Below are positions 49,013 to 57,294 of a stretch of 64,000 bases of DNA, in pieces. The stretch lies in the IMG/VR virus record IMGVR_UViG_2890625426_000001, positions 3,802-67,801 of that record; one strand, written 5' to 3'. The stretch's first letter is position 1. Every line of letters starts with the position of its first letter. Below the pieces are notes generated by a model. It saw nothing but the letters and a program-made list of their open reading frames with translations, searched no databases and was not told the DNA's origin. This stretch comes from a virus (lineage: Duplodnaviria; Caudoviricetes). The position numbers and the translations under genes were made by a program.

Positions 49013-50086
49013 TTGGCCATGGCAAGCCGTAACGAAATACTCAACAAGCTCCTCACCCTTGAAGGCCCGAAGCGCGACGCATTCACCCGGGCGACCTTCG
49101 ATTTGGGCATGTCCGACGACAAGACCGCCGCGGCCCTGGTCAGCGCCAGTGTGATCCTGCGCTTCTCCAGCACCTACCAGCAGGTGGTCAAGGACTGGGC
49201 GGCGGCGTTGGAAGCTGGGTCGGTGACCACACCCGCGACGACCTCGGAGCTGTACGTGGCCGAGGTGCTGGCCAAGTCCATGGGGCATGCCCGCCTGGCC
49301 GCGGTACCTCAAGCCGTGTGGGTCAACGGTCCGGGCGACATCGACAACGCCCGGCGAGTGGCTCAGGACGCCAAGAGCAAGGGTCAGATCCCGCAGTTCG
49401 TCGTCTACTGGGCCGTCAACCGCGACAACGGGCAGTACTCCGCTGGTGGAGCGCCCGACAGCGCGAGCTATCGCAGCTTCGTCGACTCGCTGGCAGTGGC
49501 CATCGGGGGGACCGGTGCTCTGATCAACCTGGAGCCCGACGCCCTGGTGCTCTTCAACGGCACCCCGTCGACGCGCTACGCCGACCTGGCCTACGCAGGC
49601 CGCGCCCTGCTTGCGGTCGGCGCCAAGGTCTTCCTGTCCGCCGGGCACTCCGACTGGCACAGCGTGGAGGAGATCAAGAAGCGAGCCGAGCAGGTCGGCA
49701 TGGCCAACTTCACCGGCTTCGCCCTTAACGACAGCAACTACCGGCCCATGAGCGAGATCGTCCCCTTCGGCGAGCGGTTGTGGTCGGCCACCAACAAGCC
49801 CTACATGGTCGACACCTCCCGCAACGGTGACAGCCCCATCCCGCTGCCCAAGACTTACTGGGACCCGGACTGGTGCAACGTCGCCAGCCGGCGCTTCGGG
49901 CTGGCGCCGCGCCTCGGCCCGGTAGCCGGGGGAGAGCACTGCTTCGGCGTGTGGTGGGTCAAGCACCCCGGCGAGAGCGACGGCACCTACAACGGCCTGA
50001 CAGGCAAGGTGAGCGATGCTCCGGGTGCCGGCCAGTGGTTCGAGGCCTACGCCGACGACATGGAGCGCAACTCGGGCTGGTCCTGA
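49013..50086 (+). CDS. Glycoside hydrolase family 6 (endo-beta-1,4-glucanase-like), no signal peptide
   Basis: NRDNGQYSAGG, LEPDAL, GHSDW, NDSNY, DTSRNG, WCN, KHPGESDG, AGQWF. Confidence 0.92.
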   Translation: MAMASRNEILNKLLTLEGPKRDAFTRATFDLGMSDDKTAAALVSASVILRFSSTYQQVVKDWAAALEAGSVTTPATTSELYVAEVLAKSMGHARLAAVPQAVWVNGPGDIDNARRVAQDAKSKGQIPQFVVYWAVNRDNGQYSAGGAPDSASYRSFVDSLAVAIGGTGALINLEPDALVLFNGTPSTRYADLAYAGRALLAVGAKVFLSAGHSDWHSVEEIKKRAEQVGMANFTGFALNDSNYRPMSEIVPFGERLWSATNKPYMVDTSRNGDSPIPLPKTYWDPDWCNVASRRFGLAPRLGPVAGGEHCFGVWWVKHPGESDGTYNGLTGKVSDAPGAGQWFEAYADDMERNSGWS

Positions 50087-50098
50087 CCCCGGACAGCA

Positions 50099-50132
50099 GA
50101 AAGGGCCAGGTCTCGGGGAACCTGGCCCTTTC
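50099..50132. terminator. Intrinsic (probably bidirectional) terminator
   Basis: GAAAGGGCCAGGT-loop-ACCTGGCCCTTTC hairpin between the convergent GH6 and lsr2 genes. Confidence 0.85.
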
Positions 50133-50171
50133 GCTATGCCTGACAGAGGGCCTCTAGACCCGTCTGCAATC

Positions 50172-50504
50172 CTACTTGGTAGCTGCGAGGTATTCCTGGA
50201 TGAGCGAGTTGGCAATGCGTCCGCGCTCGCTGACCTTCTTGCCGTTCTCCTCAGCCCACTTGCGCACTGCGGCGTTGTCGATCTTGTCCGCCGACACCGA
50301 CGAAGCGGCCGGACGACCGGGGCGCCGACCGCCGACCCTACGGGCGTGGTTGACGAAGACCTGCACCGACTCGCGCAGCTTCCGGGCGTTCTCTTCGCTC
50401 AGATCGATCTCATGGGTCACACCGTCAACAGCAAAGACGACAGTCTCTGCCGCCTCGGAGCCGTCGACATCGTCGATAAGGTTCTCCACCACACGCCTGG
50501 CCAT
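50172..50504 (-). CDS. lsr2: Lsr2 nucleoid-associated protein
   Basis: LIDDVDGSEAAETVVFAVDGVTHEIDLSEENARKL...VRKWAEENG..VSERGRI. Confidence 0.95.
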   Translation of the reverse strand: MARRVVENLIDDVDGSEAAETVVFAVDGVTHEIDLSEENARKLRESVQVFVNHARRVGGRRPGRPAASSVSADKIDNAAVRKWAEENGKKVSERGRIANSLIQEYLAATK

Positions 50505-50565
50505 AGGAGCAGCATGCCGTATGACCTGGGTAATCACCAAGACGGCGCGCCGGATATGGCTTTCC

Positions 50566-51809
50566 TTATGCGCCGAAGATCGCCGCGTGCACTGCTTCGA
50601 TGTGCTGCTCGGGGCGAGCATTGGGAAGAGCGAGCGCTTCCTTCACGTCTTCGATGTCGTTGTGGGCGTCCTTCAAGTCCGCCCGGTTGACTCGATGGAA
50701 GGTCAGAGCCTGCGCTAGTGCCTGCTCCACAGGGTCGTCCAGGTCCAACATGACTACTCGTTTGCGCGTCATGGCGCCCCTGCTCCCTTGTCGGCCTCTT
50801 GCATCTGCTGCAGCTGGCGCTTGCGCTCGGCGATGTTCTCCAGCGCCTGACGCTGCGCCTCCTCCTTGGTGCGACATTCGTTGGTGCGGAAGTGACACCA
50901 GAGCCACTCGTCGTTGACCTTCTTGCGCTTGATCTCTTGGCCCATGTGGATGCGGCCGCCGCAGGCGGGGCAGTCGGAGTTGCCGTAGGTGGAACGGACG
51001 ACGCCCTTGGGCCGGCTGTCGTCGGTCATGCCGGTTCGACCATGAACACGAACCGTGTGCCCACGAGAAAGTACCGGCAATCTTCCCAATACACGTGGCC
51101 ACAAGCTTTATCGACGATCTGGGGCAACACTTGCTTTACCATCTCTGCACTGTGACGCTCAACGAGACGCTGCATGCACTGCCCTATGGCGGTGGTGTCT
51201 GGGTCATCTGCAATCGCTCGGAACTCAGCCTGTGTCTCGGCTACTTCCTCCAACGTGGCACTGCCCGGTCGACTGATCTTCCACTTGCCGATCTTCATCG
51301 CTGTTCCTTGCTCTTTGCGCGGCGCTGCACTCGCTCCTCCACGAACGAGCGGAACGCGTGCGGGCGGTTTTTCTTGCCGCCGACCACCGTGAACGTCGCC
51401 ACCTGCTGGCCGTCCAGGACCCGCACCTCGATCTTGTTCACCACGGCGTCGAAGCCGTCGCGCTTGCCCGGCTGGCTGGGGCCGATGTGGACCGAGTCGC
51501 CCACCCGGTAGGTCGTGTTGCCGATGCGGTACTCGGCCACCGTGTCGCTCATGCCGCATCCTTGGGTGGCAGGTACCGGCCGTAGACCGTGTGCCGGTGC
51601 CCGGTCTGCCGAAGCTCGAACTGGAAGCCTGGGGCTGCGAACGCCTCAGTGCGCCCCTTGCGCGCGTCGTTGTACACGACGCGCGCTTGCTTTTCGCTCG
51701 GGTACCGGCCGACCACGTCCCACAGCTGTGGGTGGCTCCGCATGCGGGCTGCCAGGTGAATCAGGCGGTCGTAGTCACGTGGCTCGCGGCCACTGAGTTG
51801 CTGTTCCAT
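50566..51809 (-). other. Five small coupled hypothetical genes
   Basis: 50566-50772, 50769-~51029 (CPAC), 51026-51298, 51295-51552 (SH3-like) and 51549-51809. Confidence 0.65.
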
Positions 51810-51816
51810 ATCCACT

Positions 51817-51857
51817 GGTCTAGTCGCAGCAACTACGCCCGTCTGTAGGTCATCCGA
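51817..51857 (-). promoter_or_regulatory. Bipartite promoter copy
   Basis: TCGGATGACCTA-23 nt-TAGACC-7 nt-ATG(51809). Confidence 0.75.
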
Positions 51858-51862
51858 CCCAA

Positions 51863-52696
51863 TCAGACGCCGTAGGCGCCGCTTGCGAACTGGTCGTCGG
51901 TGTCGAAGTCGGACTCATCGCTGTTGCTCTCTTGCTCCGCCGCCAGAGCAAACTCGAGAGCTGCGTCGGCGTCCTCTTCCGTCTGCTCGGCTGGCTCGAT
52001 CTGCTCGTCCTCGGAGACACGGATGGGCATCAGCAGTCCGCGGCACTCACCGAGTGTGAAGCGGACCGCTCCCATGGAACCGTTGATCTCCAGTTGCACC
52101 GGCGCGCCGGGATAGTGGCTGCCGATCTTGGCGATGTCGCGAAGGAAGTCGGCGGACAGAGCCACACGGTCTGGCTCCCCGACCGGAGCCACCGCTGCGT
52201 CTACCTGCCGCCACTGCACGAACTCACTGTCCTCGACGAGCGGGCACTGCACGAGCTCGCGATCAGGCCACTCCATGCGCATGGCTCGGCCGTTCATGCC
52301 CTCCAGGGTGGCCTGGGCACTTTCGACGTTCGCAATCGAGAGCATCAGCTCGCCCTCGATGTCGGGATCCTCTTCGCGCTTGCGCCAGGCTCGGATCTGC
52401 TTCTCGATGAACTTCATCAGGCCGAGGCCGCGACCGTTGGCGTCCTTGACGATGTAGGACTCGTCTGGCGTCTCTTCGATCTCCGGCTGCGTCGGGTCGA
52501 AGGTGTCGTAGGGGACGAAGACGTGCGCCAGCATGTAGCTGTCGGTGGACACCAGGCGGACGCCGCGTCCGTGGAACACCTCCAGGTTCACCGTGCGATG
52601 GAGAGCGGGTCGGGCCGCGTCGTCGGACGCTGCGATGGAAACTGCCTGCCAAGCCTTGGCGAAGCTGAAGGCGGGAACGTCAGTACGGAAGGTCAT
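51863..52696 (-). CDS. DNA polymerase III beta-clamp-like protein (truncated DnaN-like)
   Basis: IAASDDAARPAL, LVSTDSYMLA, FVQWRQV and GLLMPIR mirror DnaN domain II/III motifs; acidic tail. Confidence 0.75.
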   Translation of the reverse strand: MTFRTDVPAFSFAKAWQAVSIAASDDAARPALHRTVNLEVFHGRGVRLVSTDSYMLAHVFVPYDTFDPTQPEIEETPDESYIVKDANGRGLGLMKFIEKQIRAWRKREEDPDIEGELMLSIANVESAQATLEGMNGRAMRMEWPDRELVQCPLVEDSEFVQWRQVDAAVAPVGEPDRVALSADFLRDIAKIGSHYPGAPVQLEINGSMGAVRFTLGECRGLLMPIRVSEDEQIEPAEQTEEDADAALEFALAAEQESNSDESDFDTDDQFASGAYGV

Positions 52697-52745
52697 GCTG
52701 GTCTTGCCTTTGTGTTGGGGAACGACGCGAGATTAGTCGGTTTGG

Positions 52746-52988
52746 TCACAGGCCGAGGTCGTTGTTCGAGCGCTTACCGCGGCCGGCGTTGGGTGTCGGC
52801 TTGTTGCGCTGGTGCTCGTTGAAGTTGGCGTTGGCGACTGCACGCCGAAGAGCCGCGTCGCGCTTCGTGTCGTCCTTGATGCGAGCAGCGTCCTGCAACT
52901 GCTTGCCGATCAACTTTGCTACTTCGTCGATTTTTGCTTGACGGCTCATGTCGATGAACTCCTTCAGTCGGTTAGGCGGGTGATACAT
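52746..52988 (-). CDS. Hypothetical protein
   Basis: ATG 6 nt after a TAGACC promoter box. Confidence 0.6.
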   Translation of the reverse strand: MYHPPNRLKEFIDMSRQAKIDEVAKLIGKQLQDAARIKDDTKRDAALRRAVANANFNEHQRNKPTPNAGRGKRSNNDLGL

Positions 52989-52994
52989 GGACCT

Positions 52995-53035
52995 GGTCTA
53001 ATCGGCAGAAGCGCGACAGTCTGTAGGTCATTAGG
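52995..53035 (-). promoter_or_regulatory. Bipartite promoter copy
   Basis: CCTAATGACCTA-23 nt-TAGACC-6 nt-ATG(52988). Confidence 0.75.
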
Positions 53036-53040
53036 CCCAA

Positions 53041-53295
53041 CTATTCAAAGGGGTTGCGACCATCGACGTACAAGAAACTGCCGGTCTGATGGTTGTGAGC
53101 GAAGTCGCGGATAAGCCAAAGAGGCGGCGCCGCGTCGCAGAACTTCACGAGGTCGTGAAGCGCTCCCATGACATCCAGATAGCTGTAGCCGTCGAACGAC
53201 TGCACCAGCTCTTGTTCCGTGTAGAAGATCAATTCGAACGGCTGCCAGCCAGCCTTCACGAAGGCAGCGCACTCCAGGGCCTCTTCCGGACTCAT
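53041..53295 (-). CDS. Hypothetical protein after the replication initiator (possible helicase-loader-inhibitor-like)
   Basis: MSPEEALECAAFVKAGWQ; coupled to the initiator gene; function inferred from synteny only. Confidence 0.5.
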   Translation of the reverse strand: MSPEEALECAAFVKAGWQPFELIFYTEQELVQSFDGYSYLDVMGALHDLVKFCDAAPPLWLIRDFAHNHQTGSFLYVDGRNPFE

Positions 53296-53816
53296 GCGTG
53301 GACCCCCTTCTCGCAGCCGCATGCAACAGCATTTCCGTCGTCGTCTAGCCGCCAGCCGCCTGCGCACTGATCGCAACCTTCTCGGGGAGGCTGAAAGCGC
53401 GCGGGCGACGGTTCTGAAGCCGTAGTTGTCCGGGATGCCTTGCCAGAGTTGTACGGATTTGGTCGAGAGTTGTCCGGACGGGTCCGTACTGACCCTTCTA
53501 CAGACCCTTCCTTTACTGACCCAGAGGGTTGTCCGGGATTTCCGTACAACCCCACGAGCACGCGGTACTGGTTGTATTGACCTGGACCTCGGCTGGTCGG
53601 ACGCTTGACTTCAAGCTCACCAAGCGCCTCTAGGCGTCGGATCGCTTCCACGACGGTGTCCTTGTTGCAGTTAGCCTTCAGGGCGAGTCGACGCATGCTG
53701 GGGAAGGCGTTACCGCCATCATCGTTCGCCTCGTCAGCGATTGCGAGCAGTATGAGCCGGTCGTTACCGGTGCTCTTTGAGTTGTGAAACACGCCGATCA
53801 TGCAGCCGATGCTCAT
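53292..53816 (-). CDS. Replication initiator-like HTH protein
   Basis: RLILLAIADEANDDG..AFPSMRRLA...TVVEAIRRLEALG..NQYRV; C-terminal CxxC..GW..CxC. Confidence 0.8.
   Translation of the reverse strand: MSIGCMIGVFHNSKSTGNDRLILLAIADEANDDGGNAFPSMRRLALKANCNKDTVVEAIRRLEALGELEVKRPTSRGPGQYNQYRVLVGLYGNPGQPSGSVKEGSVEGSVRTRPDNSRPNPYNSGKASRTTTASEPSPARFQPPREGCDQCAGGWRLDDDGNAVACGCEKGVHA
53425..53550. repeat. Iteron-like repeats GTTGT(C/A)CGG inside the initiator gene
   Basis: Direct copies at 53425, 53448, 53469 and 53528; inverted copy at 53542-53550. Confidence 0.7.
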
Positions 53817-53940
53817 GACGCGGTTCCTTCAGCAAAAGACCCCGGAAGGTTTTGCAATAGGGCGTTGTCCATGTAAGGATGCTCCTAAACAGTTAGATGT
53901 GATGATCCACTGTTTAGCCGCTGCAGTCCGGCGGATCAAG

Positions 53941-53973
53941 CAGAAGCCCCGTGACTCCCGTCCGGGGCTTCTG
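53941..53973. terminator. Hairpin (terminator or regulatory)
   Basis: CAGAAGCCCCG-11 nt-CGGGGCTTCTG, a perfect 11-bp stem in an intergenic gap. Confidence 0.6.
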
Positions 53974-54350
53974 TCACGTTCGGGGTAAGCAGGGGACAGC
54001 AAGGGCCAGCAGTGGATAATCCACGTTGTGCAATTCTCCGTCTCCGCTTCCCAAGCGTTCCGCGGCGGGTTACAACAGGGCCATGGACCTCCTCGGCGGA
54101 CCCCAACCGTGCGCGCTGACCCACGCCAACGAAAAGCAATGCCCACGCGCTGCTGTGGTGTCGGTCGTCGATTCCGAGGGCGTCTCGGCGTGGGGCTGTG
54201 AGGCTCATTCCCTACGTGCCCTGAACGCCACGGACGGCTCACGAATCGGTGGTGTTCGTGACTGGGCCGCGTGCCGGCGCCTGCTCAACGGCGAGTGGAA
54301 CCAGCGCGTCCCGAATTCGTATAGCTTTGCGCCGGAGCTGCAGCTCTAGG

Positions 54351-54390
54351 CCGAATGACCCATAGCGGAATAGTTCGAAGTAACTAGGCT
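54351..54390 (+). promoter_or_regulatory. Bipartite promoter copy
   Basis: CCGAATGACCCA-22 nt-TAGGCT upstream of the gene at 54417. Confidence 0.65.
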
Positions 54391-54416
54391 CCGGAGCGAG
54401 CCCTCAGGAGAGACCG

Positions 54417-54776
54417 ATGAACCTTGACCCCCGCAAGTCAGCCCTCGCCGCACGCATCAGCGAGCGCCTCGCCGAGCACCGTCGTGTCGGGCCCATCGTC
54501 GCGGAGGCGCGACGACTGGACATCGACGTACAGCGAGCCTCGTGGAACGAGGAGCCGGTCCCTGGTGAGCTGGAGCAGGTCACCCAGAACCGTGACGACT
54601 ACCTGGTCTTTCACCGCACGGACCTTGAGCAGTTCCGCGACATGCGGGACATCTACGAGCAGATCGACGCTGTGACCCCAGCAAGCATGCCAACGACAAC
54701 GGTGGCGGCGAAGCATGTCGTCGATCGCGAACCACACCGCCTGGATCACCGCTTTGGTGGCGGCATGCAGCTGTAG
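54417..54776 (+). CDS. Hypothetical protein, counter-oriented
   Basis: AGGAGA RBS; bipartite promoter upstream; followed by a GC hairpin and U-tract at about 54788-54824. Confidence 0.75.
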   Translation: MNLDPRKSALAARISERLAEHRRVGPIVAEARRLDIDVQRASWNEEPVPGELEQVTQNRDDYLVFHRTDLEQFRDMRDIYEQIDAVTPASMPTTTVAAKHVVDREPHRLDHRFGGGMQL

Positions 54777-54839
54777 TCAGCACAGCAAGAGCGCGGGCCA
54801 CCCCAGGGCCGCCCGCGCTCTTTTCATGTCTACAGACCC

Positions 54840-55301
54840 TTACAGCTCGAACAGTTCCAGCTGCTCCTGCTCTGCTTCCCTGGCGAGCCCAACCGCCAGT
54901 ACCTCGGTGGCTGCGTCGTGCAGCTCGATCGCGATCCGGCTACCGGCCTCCCAGTACGCCTGGTTCTCTGGGTCCTCGTAGTAACTGTGGGCGTCCCCGC
55001 CGGCCGCCACGGCGACCCAGGGGTTGGGTGGGCCGCCACGAGTAGCGTGGTCGACGTAGGCGGTCCAAGCGGCGTTGTAGCGCTCGAGGCCTTGCGTCGC
55101 GATGCCGTAGTGAATCACCTCTTGCACCTCGCGCCAGGTGATCGCGGCGCCGTTACCGAAGCGGATGCCCGCTTTCTCGGCCACGTACCAGGTGGAGCCT
55201 CCCTGGCAGGCTCGTTTCACGGCCTCGCCGAAGTCACCACGGAAGAATCGATGGACCTCGCCACTGAGCGCGGAGTGCAGCGCGCCCGCGGTCGGCTTCA
55301 T
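54840..55301 (-). CDS. Hypothetical protein
   Basis: MKPTAGALHS... coupled to the HNH gene. Confidence 0.6.
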   Translation of the reverse strand: MKPTAGALHSALSGEVHRFFRGDFGEAVKRACQGGSTWYVAEKAGIRFGNGAAITWREVQEVIHYGIATQGLERYNAAWTAYVDHATRGGPPNPWVAVAAGGDAHSYYEDPENQAYWEAGSRIAIELHDAATEVLAVGLAREAEQEQLELFEL

Positions 55302-55732
55302 AGGTCGCCCCGCTTGGCCGGCGACAGGTAGCCCAGGGCACGAGCCTCGGCCACGTTGTCGTGTATCCAGGAGTGGTGCACTCGGCACAGGTCCATGAGG
55401 TTGTCGGGGGAGTGGTCGTGACCCTGGCTCTGGCGGTTGATGTGATGCGCGTCGGAAGCGGGAGAACCGCAACGCCCAAGAGCACGTACGCCAAGGCCAT
55501 GCGGCAAGCCTGGATCTACTTCTACAAAGTGGATGAACTCACACCGTCCGCCGCTGCGCTTGCGGATGATCCCCTTGGAGGCCTCGAACCATGCGCGATC
55601 ATCCTGCTTGCGCTGGCTCTGCTCGCTCAGTGACTTGCGCCGTAGGGCTGTGCGCTTCAGCTGGCTCGCACCCTGCTTGAGGCCTGTCTTGGCCTTGAGC
55701 GCCGTCCGCCGTCTCAGGGGCGTCTTCTTCAC
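55298..55732 (-). CDS. HNH endonuclease
   Basis: KKTPLRRRTALK N-terminus; RSGGRCE...HHINRQSQG...NLMDLCRVHHSWIH. Confidence 0.8.
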   Translation of the reverse strand: MKKTPLRRRTALKAKTGLKQGASQLKRTALRRKSLSEQSQRKQDDRAWFEASKGIIRKRSGGRCEFIHFVEVDPGLPHGLGVRALGRCGSPASDAHHINRQSQGHDHSPDNLMDLCRVHHSWIHDNVAEARALGYLSPAKRGDL

Positions 55733-55876
55733 GGCCAGACCTTGTCGACGGGCTGCGGATCGTCGTTGACCCACAGCCAGGTGAGGGCCAGGACTGCCAG
55801 GGCGAAGGCGTAGCCCAGCCCAAGGGCCAAGACCCGGAGGTTGAGACTCCGGGTCTTGGCGGTGGGTAATGAGGGG

Positions 55877-56227
55877 TCACTCAGGCGGGGCATCGTGTAC
55901 TTCCTTGGGCAGTGGGTAGTTCAACAGATCACGACCCGCACGATGCAGAGCCACGATCCACTTCCGCTCTGCGGCATAGGCGTCCTTGCGGGTGCCCCAG
56001 AAGCGCTCAAGCTCCTTGATCGTCGGTCGACGGCCCGTAGCCAGTTGTTGCTTGACCCAGGCCGACCGCGCCGAACGCTTGCCTAGATCGCCGCGACAGT
56101 GCTCTTCGAGCCTGATTCCTAACGGGGCTGCCGTCTGTCCGACATACCGTTCCTCGCCAGAGTCTGGATCGCAGAGGGCATAGATCGTGTACTGCTGTGC
56201 GGCCGTGCTCGATCGCTGTCCGGTCAA
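55877..56227 (-). CDS. GIY-YIG nuclease
   Basis: IYALCDP...RYVGQT...RLEEH...AERKWI...LLN. Confidence 0.8.
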   Translation of the reverse strand: MTGQRSSTAAQQYTIYALCDPDSGEERYVGQTAAPLGIRLEEHCRGDLGKRSARSAWVKQQLATGRRPTIKELERFWGTRKDAYAAERKWIVALHRAGRDLLNYPLPKEVHDAPPE

Positions 56228-57294
56228 AATGGCTCCTCTCCCGGTCCTGGTGCCCAGGACTGCTTGCCAGCCTCGCTGCGCTCGTTGCCCTCCGCGCCGA
56301 CACCGCTTCGCTCCTCGGCTTGGCTGAAGGGGTAATCAACCACAACCTCGGCGTCAATGGGCTCGTCGTCACTACTGCGGTACGAAAGGACTAGGGCACG
56401 GACCGCTGACTCCTTGCGCGTGGGTACTGCAGTGGTCATGAAGTCGAATGTCCCCCGCCAGGCGGCCTTCAGCTCTTGCAGTTGATCATGCGCAAGGGTG
56501 TCGCAGATCCAGGGGAACAGGTTCACCGTGTCAGGAGCCGCGCCGGCCCCGATGGCGACCTGAGCTTGCGGCGGGGGAGGCGGTAGGGCGGTGGTGATGT
56601 CTCCACCGGCATCGAGCGCGGTCATCTGGCGCAGCGTCGAGCGCAGCTCCAGGACCGGCACAGGAAACTTCCGTGTCTCGCCGCCCTTGACCGACTGGCG
56701 TTGCTCTAGGCGCAGCGTGGCCGGGATGATCTGGCCCTGCGCGCGAGCAGCCGCAAGTACCTCCGCCGTACCGCCCAGCTCTTGGGCAGCGTTCCAGCCG
56801 TTGGAGCTGATCATCCACACGCCGAGGTCGGGCAGGTCCGGCAGCATCACGTTCAGCCGGGTCACTGGCTTGCAGGCGTTGCCCTTGCTGGCTAGTGCGT
56901 TGCGCTGCTCCTGGTCGAAGGGGCACTTGCAGGGGGTCTGGGTCAGCTGCTCGGTCTCGCCGTCGCAGCGGCGCTGGCAGCCACCCTTGGACCACATCTC
57001 CATCCACTGGCTGACCACGTTGTCGCCGGGCGGGACCATGACAGGCACCTCGGTGACACTGGTGACGACCTCGTGTGTGCTGTCGTTATTCAGCAGCACG
57101 ACGGCCTTGGCTTGACCGCCGAAGAGGTCAGCGACGGCCTGCGCGATGACGGCCGACTTGGTGGTGAAGCGGAAGGCCTCCAGCTTTGACGGACGCATGA
57201 TCTTCTTGCCGTTCTTGGTCACGCCTTCGACCTGCATGCCGATGCGGATCTCACCGATCTGACGACCACGACGTTGCAAGGTGTTGATCGGCAT
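56224..57294 (-). CDS. phiC31 gp3-like (recombination directionality factor family) protein
   Basis: GEIRIG, RPSKLEAFRFT, GCQRRCDG, CKPVTRLNVML, LGVW..SNGWNAA. Confidence 0.75.
   Translation of the reverse strand: MPINTLQRRGRQIGEIRIGMQVEGVTKNGKKIMRPSKLEAFRFTTKSAVIAQAVADLFGGQAKAVVLLNNDSTHEVVTSVTEVPVMVPPGDNVVSQWMEMWSKGGCQRRCDGETEQLTQTPCKCPFDQEQRNALASKGNACKPVTRLNVMLPDLPDLGVWMISSNGWNAAQELGGTAEVLAAARAQGQIIPATLRLEQRQSVKGGETRKFPVPVLELRSTLRQMTALDAGGDITTALPPPPPQAQVAIGAGAAPDTVNLFPWICDTLAHDQLQELKAAWRGTFDFMTTAVPTRKESAVRALVLSYRSSDDEPIDAEVVVDYPFSQAEERSGVGAEGNERSEAGKQSWAPGPGEEPF

Noticed and set aside
47312-50215. 967-aa ORF as one large glycosyltransferase
   Set aside because: The first ~510 codons are the antisense shadow of the GH6 gene or overlap the small peptide gene; GT2-like sequence begins near 48682.
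50517-50528. CCGTATGACCTG as a sixth bipartite promoter
   Set aside because: It points away from lsr2 and has no TAG hexamer at 22-23 nt; at most an operator-like variant.
53820-54060. tRNA or structured ncRNA in the intergenic gap
   Set aside because: No cloverleaf or T-loop consensus recognised; only a single hairpin.
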